This document shows positions 30,707 to 41,000 of a DNA stretch of 64,000 nt, in pieces (within the stretch, counting starts at the first letter, position 1; every line of letters begins with the position of its first letter). Made by a program: the position numbers and the translations under genes. Source of the DNA: Nostoc sp. (GTDB lineage Bacteria > Cyanobacteriota > Cyanobacteriia > Cyanobacteriales > Nostocaceae); assembly GCA_036918135.1 (NCBI GenBank), contig JBALDB010000007.1:384001-448000 (forward strand), written 5' to 3'. The notes under the pieces are model-generated. The model made no database searches, was not told the origin of the DNA, and saw nothing but the letters and a program-made list of their open reading frames with translations.

Positions 30707-31570
30707 TTACAAGTCAGGAGGCAAAATTACGTTATCAATAGCATGGATTACACCATTGGTAGCTGTCATGTCAGCCTGAGTCACTTTAGCATCATTGACT
30801 GTCACACCAGTAGCAGGATCGACTTTAACGTTGATTGTCCCTCCTTCAAGGCTTTTAACTTCACCAGACTTCAAATCACTAGACAATACCTTACCAGGCA
30901 CAACATGGTAAGTTAACAGCTTGAGTAATACTTCTTTGTTTTCTGGTTTCAACAAATCTTGCAATGCGTCTGCTGGCAATTTAGCAAAGGCTGCATCTGT
31001 AGGTGCGAAAATCGTCAAGTTATCTTTGCCTTGCAAAGCTTGAGTCAATCCTGCTGCTTTCAAAGCTTTAGTCAAAGTTGTAAAGGAAGCGTTTGATTCT
31101 GCCAAGGCTAACAAATTTTTGCCTTGAGTTTCACTTGTCCCAGCAGGTGGTGCAGTAGGAGTAGTAGGTGCGGTAGGTGGTACTTCGGTTGGTGGTGTGC
31201 TGGGTTGAGTTTCAGGGATAGGGCGTGGAGTGCGGGATGGAACATCACTAGGCGGGGTACTACCACCACGGTTATAGGGAGGCTCGTTAAAAATACTTGG
31301 TCTGGGATTTAGCGTCCCACCCCCACTACTCTGGGCTAGTTGTTGACGCTTCGTATTGCCCTTTTCTACTTCTGAAACAGCCTTTGTAGGTGTGTACTGA
31401 GCGTTTGCTTGAAGGCGTTCACCTCGATTATAGGGAGCTTCGTTGAAAATACCGGGGTTAGGATTTAGTACTTCTTTGGCATCAGATGGTAAAGTAATCA
31501 AAAGGCTAAAACTACTTAATCCTGCTACGCCTGCCAACGTGGTCAGCAATTTGCCGTAATTTGTCTTCAT
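30707..31570 (-). CDS. Fasciclin (FAS1) domain protein with signal peptide and Pro/Thr linker
   Basis: TIFAPTDAAF, LLTYHVV, NGVIHAIDNVILP; duplicated LNP.P.IFNE.PYNRG motif. Confidence 0.93.
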   Translation of the reverse strand: MKTNYGKLLTTLAGVAGLSSFSLLITLPSDAKEVLNPNPGIFNEAPYNRGERLQANAQYTPTKAVSEVEKGNTKRQQLAQSSGGGTLNPRPSIFNEPPYNRGGSTPPSDVPSRTPRPIPETQPSTPPTEVPPTAPTTPTAPPAGTSETQGKNLLALAESNASFTTLTKALKAAGLTQALQGKDNLTIFAPTDAAFAKLPADALQDLLKPENKEVLLKLLTYHVVPGKVLSSDLKSGEVKSLEGGTINVKVDPATGVTVNDAKVTQADMTATNGVIHAIDNVILPPDL

Positions 31571-31931
31571 AAATTTTGTTTGTTTTTTGTCCACACGTTA
31601 CATAAAGATTTATAACATTTTGCTATACACAAAATCTAACTTTAGAGGGAAGTAAGATTTTTCAGGGGAAATACTTCCTGTTAATCAGGTTAGATATTTA
31701 ATAAGGCGTAGTTTATTATACTTTATAATTATTGTTCTTTTAACTAGCAGATGTAGTATATATACTTGATGTATATTCAGCATTTAATAAACGCACAGTT
31801 CGAGTTATCAGTTAGATAGAGTATTTAACTATTTTGAGTTCGATAAATTGTGTAGCCTTCGCTTTTAATAAGGGTCAAATTTGCTATGCGAATTAGAAAG
31901 ATAGGTATGCAAAAACTATAGCGCTCAGTGC

Positions 31932-32538
31932 ATGAAAATTTTTGAAATTTAATAGAAATTCGAGAAAATCATGGTTATATCGAAAGAATTTTTTATCCAT
32001 CTTAATATTCCCCATCAAGTTTCCGTTCTTGCTTGCACTATTGCTACTGTAATCCTTGGTATTAAATTTAATAACGGGACAATCAGCCCATGCTCAGGTT
32101 GCTGCCCTCACTTGTCAAGGGCAAGAAAATGTTACTTACACTCCCCCGCTGACAACAAAACCCAAACTAACTAGTGTCAAAATAAACGGGGAATTGAAGA
32201 CATGCAATGGTGATGCTAAAATTGTTTCAGGAAAGTATAGCAATATGCTTTCCTCTCCTAGCAACTCGTGTACTCAGATATCTTCATCTCCCGCCACCTT
32301 TACATATATTTAGAGTGATAAAACAAATAGCACTGTAAAGTTTGAAAGGGAAGAGATAGTTAGAGGTGTAGCTGTCATAAGTGTAACATCTTATAGTAAA
32401 GTTACTTCTGAACGCTATCAAAATAGCAATGTAGTAAAAACTGTTACTCTTGCCGCATCACAATTAGCAGGATGTGCATTGGCCACTGGTGTTCCTAAAT
32501 CTACGGGTCTGGTAATATTGACTTTTGCACATTTATAA
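31932..32538 (+). pseudogene. Decayed secreted Cys-containing protein gene
   Basis: One frame reads from a signal-like segment to ...LVILTFAHL* through in-frame TAA 32050 and TAG 32311; ATG 31932 is out of frame. Confidence 0.65.
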
Positions 32539-33257
32539 AGATTTTAGAAAATAAAATTTCAAAGAAACTCTATCTGAAAATAATTATTCTAGACAAAGGT
32601 AAGGGAAAGGCTGCCGAACAGTAGCATTTCTCTTATCGAGTATTAAAAATGACTCTTAGCTGATAATTTGCATTTAGGAGTTAGCGATCGCTATAATTTT
32701 ATTTTAAAATTGCTTTATACAGTGGAATTTTAGATTGCTGCATCTTGGATAAACAGTGGGACTATTCCTTCTTTGTATTCTTTTCATGACTTTACCTAGT
32801 TGCCCAAATAGTATATCCTTGCCAATGTAGTCCAAGAATTAGGTATATTTATATACAATAAATAATTTATTCAATTATTTGATATAGCAGTCCGATTTGA
32901 TTCATCAACTTACCTCTACAGATATGCAAGAGGCAAAAGACAATAATATTTTTCAGGATTAAAGCGTACAGATTTTGATGTAGAAATCAAATAGCATTTT
33001 TAGATCAAAATCTTATTTAATTTAGAAGCTACTCTTGGAGCCAGAAATGTGAAGTAAGGAGTAGATTTGTTTGTAACTCATTTAAGCTGGTTATATTTTG
33101 ATTATAAATCAAAATAATTTTGCTAAAAATCAAGCAGAAGTTCAGCCAAAACGTCAATGAAATAGACAACTAAGCAACTAATACCAATAAAATTTACTTA
33201 AACTAAAGATACAATTGTAAAGTTAAGAAGTAGACCAGTAGTTATAAGGTATAAAAT

Positions 33258-34052
33258 ATGCTTGAATTATACCAATGGGAACTATCTCAATACTCAGAGA
33301 AAGTCCGCCTAATTCTAGATTTTAAAGGACTAGATTACCGCAAAATAGAGGTTACACCTGGGATTGGACAGGTAGAACTGTTCCGGTTGACTGGTCAAAG
33401 ACAAGTCCCAGTGTTAAAGGATGGTAATAAATATATTGTAGATTCTACGGATATAGCTAAGTATTTAGACTTAAAATATGCCGATCGCCCTTTGATTCCA
33501 CAAGATGCTAAAAAACGAGGTTTAACTTTATTAATAGAAGAATGGGCGGATGAGTCCATCGGACTCAAAGGTCGCAAAGCACTGTTTGCGGCATTAAGTC
33601 AAGATCAAAATTTTCGCAAGTCTTTATTACCGACTTCCACACCAGACATATTTAAAAGTTTAGTTCAAGGAGTACCTAGTGACTTGCTGACCCTATTCGG
33701 TATTGGGGTAGGTTATAGTCCAGAAGTAATACAGTCAGCGATCGCATCCTTGAAACAAGACTTGGAAGCCTTAACATTATTATTGGCAGATAGTCCTTAT
33801 TTAACAGGAGATGAGCCGACTTTAGCTGACTTAGCAGTAGCGGGTTTGTCGATGTTGCTGAAATTCCCCACTGGCCCCTACTTAGATTTACCAGCATCTA
33901 TCAGAGGTAAAGGACTGCCAATCTTTGCTGAAAATCTTGATTATGAAGCATTTTTCACCTGGCGCGATCGCCTTTACGCCCAATTTCGCAAACCTTTAAT
34001 TAGTACCACTTCACCATCAGGAAGTGCGCCAACTTCGATTCAGATTGATTAG
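33258..34052 (+). CDS. Glutathione S-transferase family protein
   Basis: SQYSEKVRLILDFKGL, QVPVL, DSTDI, PTLADLAV. Confidence 0.93.
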   Translation: MLELYQWELSQYSEKVRLILDFKGLDYRKIEVTPGIGQVELFRLTGQRQVPVLKDGNKYIVDSTDIAKYLDLKYADRPLIPQDAKKRGLTLLIEEWADESIGLKGRKALFAALSQDQNFRKSLLPTSTPDIFKSLVQGVPSDLLTLFGIGVGYSPEVIQSAIASLKQDLEALTLLLADSPYLTGDEPTLADLAVAGLSMLLKFPTGPYLDLPASIRGKGLPIFAENLDYEAFFTWRDRLYAQFRKPLISTTSPSGSAPTSIQID

Positions 34053-34108
34053 CGAATGGGGAGATGGGAAGGTAGGGATAATGACTAATGACTAACGACT
34101 AATGACAA

Positions 34109-35851
34109 ATGACTAATCAGATGAATTCGGGACAGCCATTAGGTTCGGTTATTCAAGGTTCTCTGACTGAAGGGTTAGAAGTGCGATTGCATCCTGACAT
34201 TTCTGTGGAAGATATGCGAGTAGGTAAGTTTCTCGTTGTCCAAGGGATGCGATCGCGTTTTTTTTGTATGCTGACAGATGTGGCACTAGGAGCTGCTAAT
34301 GCCCGAATTATTGCTAATCCCCCTAATTGGGAAGACACTTTTTTACGAGATGTTTTAGCCGGAAGCGGTACATACGGAACTATCAACCTCGCGCCGATGT
34401 TGATGTTTACTCCGGAATCTGAAGAATCTTTTTCTCCAACAAATGGTAAATCGGCAAATCCTTTCCTACCATCGGCGACGGGTTTGGCTTCATTTGTGCC
34501 ACAAACCAGCACAACAATGGAATTATTGCCTGTTAAAACTATTCCTAGCCACTTTAGTCAAGTTTACGAAGCAAGCGTTGACGATTTTCGCCGGGTGTTT
34601 GGTTGGGAGGATGACCCCCAAAGGCGCAATTTCTCCATCGGCAAACCTTTGGATATGGATGTGCCAGTTTGTATTGATTTGAATCGCTTTGTGGAACGTA
34701 GTAATGGGGTTTTTGGTAAATCTGGGACTGGGAAATCTTTTTTAACACGCTTACTTTTAGCTGGGGTTATCCGTAAAAGTGCGGCAGTGAATTTGATTTT
34801 TGATATGCACTCTGAGTATGGCTGGGAAGCTGTTGCAGAAGGTAAAAATGTCAATACTGTTAAAGGCTTAAAGCAATTATTTCCCAATAAAGTCGAAGTT
34901 TACACCCTCGACCCAGAATCGACAAAGCGCCGGGGTGTACGCGATGCTCAAGAACTTTATTTGAGTTACGAGCAAATTGAAGTTGAAGATATTAAGTTAT
35001 GTGGCCGAGATTTAGGACTTTCTGACGCAGCTTTAGACAACGCCAATATCCTGTATAGCGAATTTGGCAAGTCTTGGATTGTGCAGCTGCTAAATATGAG
35101 TAATGAAGAAATCGAGATGTTCTGCGACGAGAAGCGCGGACATAAAGGCTCGATTATGGCATTGCAGCGCAAACTCCTGCGGATGGACAGTTTGAAGTAC
35201 ATGCGAGCCGTTTGTCCGCACAATTATATTAGTAAACTTGTCCAGTCACTGGAAGCCGGCAAGAATGTTGTGATAGAATTTGGTTCCCAGTCGAATATGC
35301 TCTCTTATATGTTGGTGACCAATATGATCACCAGACGTATCCACGAGCATTACGTTAAGAAGGCAGATAAATTCCTGCAAACCAAAAATCCCAGCGATCG
35401 CCCAACGCCATTGATGATTACGATTGAGGAAGCACACCGTTTCTTAGACCCGGCAGTGGTACAAAGCACTATTTTTGGCACGATTGCCCGCGAGTTGCGA
35501 AAATACTTCGTCACACTTTTGGTAGTAGACCAACGCCCGTCGGGGATAGATAATGAAGTTATGTCCCAAATTGGGACTCGCATTACCGCTCTGCTGAATG
35601 ATGAAAAAGACATTGACGCAATTTTTACAGGTGTATCTGGTGGTGGCGGACTGCGATCGGTGTTGGCGAAGTTAGATTCTAAGCAACAAGCTTTAATTTT
35701 GGGTCACGCCGTTCCGATGCCAGTAGTAGTACGTACCCGCCCTTATGACGCAGCTTTCTACGAAGAAATTGGTGACCCAGCCTGGGAAGAAAAACCTGAC
35801 GCAGAAGTATTTGCTGCTGCTGAACTAGCGAAAGCTGACTTAGGATTTTAG
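34109..35851 (+). CDS. HerA-like ATPase (HAS barrel + DUF87)
   Basis: GKSGTGKS Walker A, FDMHSEY, IEEAH Walker B, ARELRK, DQRPS. Confidence 0.9.
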   Translation: MTNQMNSGQPLGSVIQGSLTEGLEVRLHPDISVEDMRVGKFLVVQGMRSRFFCMLTDVALGAANARIIANPPNWEDTFLRDVLAGSGTYGTINLAPMLMFTPESEESFSPTNGKSANPFLPSATGLASFVPQTSTTMELLPVKTIPSHFSQVYEASVDDFRRVFGWEDDPQRRNFSIGKPLDMDVPVCIDLNRFVERSNGVFGKSGTGKSFLTRLLLAGVIRKSAAVNLIFDMHSEYGWEAVAEGKNVNTVKGLKQLFPNKVEVYTLDPESTKRRGVRDAQELYLSYEQIEVEDIKLCGRDLGLSDAALDNANILYSEFGKSWIVQLLNMSNEEIEMFCDEKRGHKGSIMALQRKLLRMDSLKYMRAVCPHNYISKLVQSLEAGKNVVIEFGSQSNMLSYMLVTNMITRRIHEHYVKKADKFLQTKNPSDRPTPLMITIEEAHRFLDPAVVQSTIFGTIARELRKYFVTLLVVDQRPSGIDNEVMSQIGTRITALLNDEKDIDAIFTGVSGGGGLRSVLAKLDSKQQALILGHAVPMPVVVRTRPYDAAFYEEIGDPAWEEKPDAEVFAAAELAKADLGF

Positions 35852-36004
35852 TTATTAGTCCTTGGCAGTGCTGAGTAGAAACGAGATTAACCCTTGTCTG
35901 TAATGAGTAGTAGAGACGCCATTAATGGCATCTGTACAAGAGTTAGGAGTTATTCTCTGCGTCCTTGGATCTCCAATCCACAGTCCCTATTACCCCTTAT
36001 CCCC

Positions 36005-36025
36005 AGAGGGGGCCCCACCTTCCCC
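36005..36025. repeat. 21-nt SDR-like element embedded in CCCCA-type heptamer repeats
   Basis: AGAGGGGGCCCCACCTTCCCC within ccctattaccccttatcccc...cccaattc. Confidence 0.5.
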
Positions 36026-36469
36026 AATTCGTAACATCCCCCATTCTCACAGCAAATTAAGTTCGGTTATCCGGATAGTTTTTAGCAACAGAAGAGGGGT
36101 TTTTGGCGTCACTATAGATGTAGGTAAGTAATTTCAAGGAAGTTTAAAATTTTTTCCAAACAGACAAATTTTGATTTATAATTAGAAGCTTTATCTTAAG
36201 ATACTTTACTATCGGCCCGATTTATCGTATTATAAAGCTAAGTAAAACTCATATCGACTTCAGTTTCAGTTACCGTCAGTAACTGTCTAAAGGAAGAATT
36301 CTCAAAAACGAACCAGCGTGCTTATAAGAGATTGAAAAATTTAGGGAAGGTAGGAAGGAACCTATCTTGGGGGCTTACCGTCTTAACAACGGCTCGAACG
36401 ATTGATTAATTGCTTTTGGTAGCCCCTAGTGTTCCGTGATATATGTACTACCTTTCTCAATTAACTTTA

Positions 36470-36483
36470 GTAAGAAAAATTAC
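36470..36483. promoter_or_regulatory. NtcA-box-like site upstream of the sigma factor gene
   Basis: GTA-AGAAAAAT-TAC ending about 32 nt before the ATG. Confidence 0.35.
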
Positions 36484-36515
36484 ATTGTGTTTACGGAGTA
36501 GAGGACAACGCACCA

Positions 36516-37499
36516 ATGCCTACTGTCAATACCCAAACGGAAAACCTGAACACCAAATTTACGGCTGATATGGTGCGAACCTATCTGCGGGAAATTGGTC
36601 GTGTACCACTGCTAACCCGTGAACAAGAAATTGTCTATGGGAAGCAGGTGCAACAAATGATGACGCTAATCGACGCCAAGGAGGGTTTGGCGAAGAAATT
36701 GCGTCGCGAACCGAGTCTACCAGAGTGGGCTGACCTCGTTCACCAATCAGAAACAGAGGTGAAACAAACGGTAGCCCAAGGTAAGCGGGCTAAGCAAAAA
36801 ATGATTGAAGCGAATTTGCGCTTGGTGGTGGCGATCGCTAAGAAGTACCAAAAACGGAACATGGAGTTTTTGGATTTGATCCAGGAAGGAACACTAGGAT
36901 TAGAGCGGGGTGTAGAGAAATTTGACCCAACCAGAGGTTATAAATTCTCAACCTACGCCTACTGGTGGATTCGCCAAGCGATTACGCGTGCGATCGCTCA
37001 ACAAGGTCGTACTATTCGCTTACCGATTCACATTACCGAGAAACTCAACAAAATCAAAAAAGTCCAGCGCGAGTTGGCTCAAACTTTAGGGCGATCGCCT
37101 ACTCCCGCTGAAATTGCCAAAGAACTGGAATTAGAACCTGCTCAGATCCGCGAGTACCTGAATATGGCGCGTCAACCAGTGTCTTTGGATGTGCGAGTTG
37201 GCGATAACCAAGATACTGAGTTGCAAGAAATGCTCGAAGATGACGGCCCGTCACCAGAGTATTACACCAACCAAGAGTTTTTACGCCAAGACTTGAACAA
37301 CTTGTTAGCAGAACTAACTCCCCAACAGCGAGAAGTTTTAGCTTTACGCTTTGGTTTAGAGGATGGTAACGAAATGTCATTGGCGAAAGTGGGTGAGAGA
37401 TTGAATCTCAGCCGAGAACGCGTGCGCCAGTTAGAGCATCAAGCTTTGGCTCATCTGCGTCGCCGTCGTGCCAATGTCAAAGAATACATTGCCAGTTAA
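36516..37499 (+). CDS. sigB: Group 2 RNA polymerase sigma factor (SigB/SigB2-like)
   Basis: [54 protein letters not shown]. Confidence 0.85.
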   Translation: MPTVNTQTENLNTKFTADMVRTYLREIGRVPLLTREQEIVYGKQVQQMMTLIDAKEGLAKKLRREPSLPEWADLVHQSETEVKQTVAQGKRAKQKMIEANLRLVVAIAKKYQKRNMEFLDLIQEGTLGLERGVEKFDPTRGYKFSTYAYWWIRQAITRAIAQQGRTIRLPIHITEKLNKIKKVQRELAQTLGRSPTPAEIAKELELEPAQIREYLNMARQPVSLDVRVGDNQDTELQEMLEDDGPSPEYYTNQEFLRQDLNNLLAELTPQQREVLALRFGLEDGNEMSLAKVGERLNLSRERVRQLEHQALAHLRRRRANVKEYIAS

Positions 37500-37544
37500 A
37501 ACAACAGACGCGGATTCTCGCGTCTTTACACCACTTTGGTGAAG

Positions 37545-37575
37545 CGCCTCCTGAATTCAGGGGGCGATTTTTTTT
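37545..37575 (+). terminator. Rho-independent terminator of the sigma gene
   Basis: CGCCTCCTG-AATT-CAGGGGGCG followed by a T run. Confidence 0.85.
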
Positions 37576-37597
37576 GGCGATTGCGCCCGTCCAAACT

Positions 37598-37672
37598 CCA
37601 ATACACTTAGGTTTGTAGTAAATTTATCTCTGAAGACAGCGGAAAGAAAAAAGCTTAACCCAAGCGTATTGG
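37598..37672. mobile_element. Short MITE-like remnant
   Basis: CCAATACACTTAGGTT / AACCCAAGCGTATTGG inverted ends (14/16). Confidence 0.5.
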
Positions 37673-37943
37673 TTCCAACTCTCCATAATTGCGATCGCCT
37701 TTTAATATTTAACTTATCGAGTTTCTCTTGAAATCTTGCATCAGGGGCGATCGCTACTTACCAATTTTCCTCCTCTAATTCGAGTTCAAAGTCACTTAAA
37801 AGATTTTCTTAATTAAAGAAAAAATTTACTATAAAAACACATATCCAGTATATTCACTGCTATAATTGGCGATTTTTCTTAGTTAATATGTAGCAAATAG
37901 TACAGCAGATAGCTACTTAAGCTAGAAAGTCAAGTTTTAAAGT

Positions 37944-38063
37944 TACAGCAGATTTCAAGTTAATGAAGTAAACCATCCAGGTCTGGTAGCTAAATCAAGA
38001 GGCTATTCTAATTCTGTTAGTGCAGCGAGGCGTAGCTCATTCTGACTTCTGAATTCTGCTGAT
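37944..38063. mobile_element. MITE-like element, same family as 53534-53633
   Basis: Ends TACAGCAGATTTCAAG ... TGAATTCTGCTGAT. Confidence 0.6.
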
Positions 38064-38097
38064 TTCATATTCAAATTCAGCAACGCCAAAAACAGAT

Positions 38098-41000
38098 ATG
38101 AACACCTTTGAGATTAATATTCAGCGCAAATCAGGAAGTAACTGGCCGATTGTAGTCGAACATAGCCGACCTGGTGAACTTCTATCATCGCGTTCAGAAG
38201 GAATTCTCAAACTGTCACTGGAAGATTTTGAGCAACTGACTAGTAAGTTAAGACAGCCGAAAGACTACGGTATATTTCTAGGACAAGCACTGTTTCGTGA
38301 AGAAATTAGAGATGCTTTTGTTAGTGCTTTACGCAACTCCCAAGAAACATTGCGGGTGTTGCTATTTATCGAAGCTGAAGATAAAGAACTGAGAACTTTA
38401 CGTTGGGAAAGACTGTGCGGTAACATTGATGACGGATGGCATTTATTAAGCTTAGAGCAGCGGACACCATTTTCACTGTATATACCAGCAATTACAGACC
38501 GCCGTTTTCCTCCAATTGGCAGAAGAGACTTACGTGCTTTGATACTGGTAGCCAATCCTTCAGAAACTGAGCGATTTAAGTTAGACTCTTTCGACGTAGA
38601 AGCCGCAGTACAAAGCGTGCGCCAATCTTTAGGAGTCATACCATCTGATGTCTTAGCAACAGTAGAAGGTGCAATTGGCTTACCGACTTTAGACGAACTG
38701 TGCTTACGTCTCACCGACAGAACAAAACAATACACCTTACTGCACTTTGTCAGTCATAGTCGAGTCATAGATGGTGGTGAAACCGTCCTCTACTGGGCAA
38801 AAGCAGATAATAAAGTAGACCCAGTGACAGGAACACGGTTAATAGAAAGATTGCGGACATTAAGAGGGACTAAAGGACTACCACACTTTACCTTTCTTTC
38901 CACCTGTGAAAGTGCCAGTCCAGAAGCAGAAGCGGCATTAGGGGGTTTAGGGCAAAGATTGGTGCGGGATTTAGGAATGCCCGCAGTCATTGCTATGACC
39001 GAGAAAGTGACTGTTAAAACCGCCCTTGCTTTATGTGGCAAATTTTACGAGCAACTAAATAAATCCGGGGAAGTGGATTTAGCATTACAGGAAGCGGCTG
39101 CTTCGCTTGCAGAACGCCAGGATATTACTGTTCCCGCCCTATTTAGCCGATTGGGCGGAAGACCTCTATTTAGCGACCAGCTTGACCGCGACTTGACCAA
39201 CACCGAAATCGAATATGGTTTGAAGCGATTGCAAGTATTTGTAGCAGAGCGATCGCCTATACTGCAATCAAAGTTGGAACCACCAGCAGGAAAGTTGACA
39301 AATCTGCTCAATACAGACTTTAAAGGTATGAGCAAGCAAGCTCAGCAAGAGCGCAAGCAAGCTCTAGAAGATGTCAATAATCTATCTCAAGCAGTTCTTG
39401 ACCTGAGTTTCAACGCTGTAGCCTTGGATCGGGAACCACCTATTTACGACGCTCGCTGTCCTTTCCTGGGCTTGTATCCCTTCCGAGTCGAAAACCGCAA
39501 ATTCTTTTTTGGCAGAGAACGATTAATTACCCAATTACAACAAAAGCTAGCTAAAGACAACTTCTTAGCTATATTTGGGGCTTCGGGTAGTGGTAAATCA
39601 TCAGTGGTACTAGCGGGGCTGATTCCGGCTTTGATAGAAAAACAGCCGGATTTGATGATGGCGTATATGACACCGAGTAGTAACCCCATTGAACAACTGC
39701 AAGCCAGTTTCTTGGAGGTACAAAATCACTCTTCAATTTTAGTCATCGACCAATTTGAAGAACTTTTCACCCTTTGTACCGATGAAGACCGCCGGACGTT
39801 ATTTATAGAAAAATTGCTATTTATTATCCAGCAGCAAAAAGTCGTGATTACCATGCGGGCAGACTTTTGGGGTGAATGTGCTAGCTATCCCCAACTTAAG
39901 GAGTTAATGCAATCTCGGCAAGAATTGATCGGGCCAATGGATAGTGCAGAACTGCGGAAAGCAATGGAAATGCAAGCCGCACAAGTGGGATTACGCTTTG
40001 AAGCTGGTTTGAGTAACTCGATTTTGGATGATGTCCAAGGCGAACCGGGGGCAATGCCATTACTGCAACATGCACTGCTAGAGTTGTGGAAACGGCGACA
40101 TGGTAGATGGTTAAGGACTGTGGAGTATGAAGCGATTGGTGGTGTGAATATGGCGATCGCTCAAACTGCCGATGCTTTTTATGATAGCTGCACGCCAGAA
40201 GAACAAGAACAAGTCAAGAATATTTTTGTTCGCTTAACCCGCTTAGATGATTCGGCACAAGAGGGACAAAAACGCCGCGACACTCGCCGCCGAGTTTGGT
40301 TAGACGAATTAATCCCTACTTTTAGCGCTCAGACTTTAATTAAACAGCTGCTCAAACGCTTAGCGGGTGAAGGTGCCCGCCTAGTAGTTACTAGTGTCGA
40401 TTCAGCCACACAACGCGAAGAAGTGGAAGTCGCTCATGAAGCCTTAATTCGTTACTGGCCGAGGTTGCTCAATTGGTTAGATGAAAACCGTTCCCTGCTG
40501 CTGCTGCGAGAAAAGATCCGTCAAGAGGCTTTGGAATGGGACAACAATAAAAAAGACGAAAGCTACTTGGTGCGTCAAGGGGGACGTTTAGAAGCGGCCC
40601 GGGAATTATTACAAAAATCTAATTTTTTGAACATATTAGAAGCTAATTATCTACAAGTTTGTGTAGAACTGTGCGATCGCCAAAAACAAGAACAAGAAAC
40701 TCGTCGGCGGCGCGAAATTCGTACAAAGCGGACAATCTTTGGAGGAGCAGTTGTTGTCTTAATAACCACTGCCTTAGGGGTAATAGCTTTCACCAAAGGC
40801 TTAGAAGCCGAATTAACTAAAGCCGATTCCCTTCGTCAAAGTTCCTTGCTATTCTCTAAATCTCATAAAAATTTACAAGCTCTCACCGACGGAATTAAGT
40901 CCGCAAACATCCTGAAAAATAGCAAATTTTGGACAACAATTAGTGGCGTAATTATTAAAAATAAAAACCAAGTAGACTCTCAATCAAAGGTGATAGCAGC

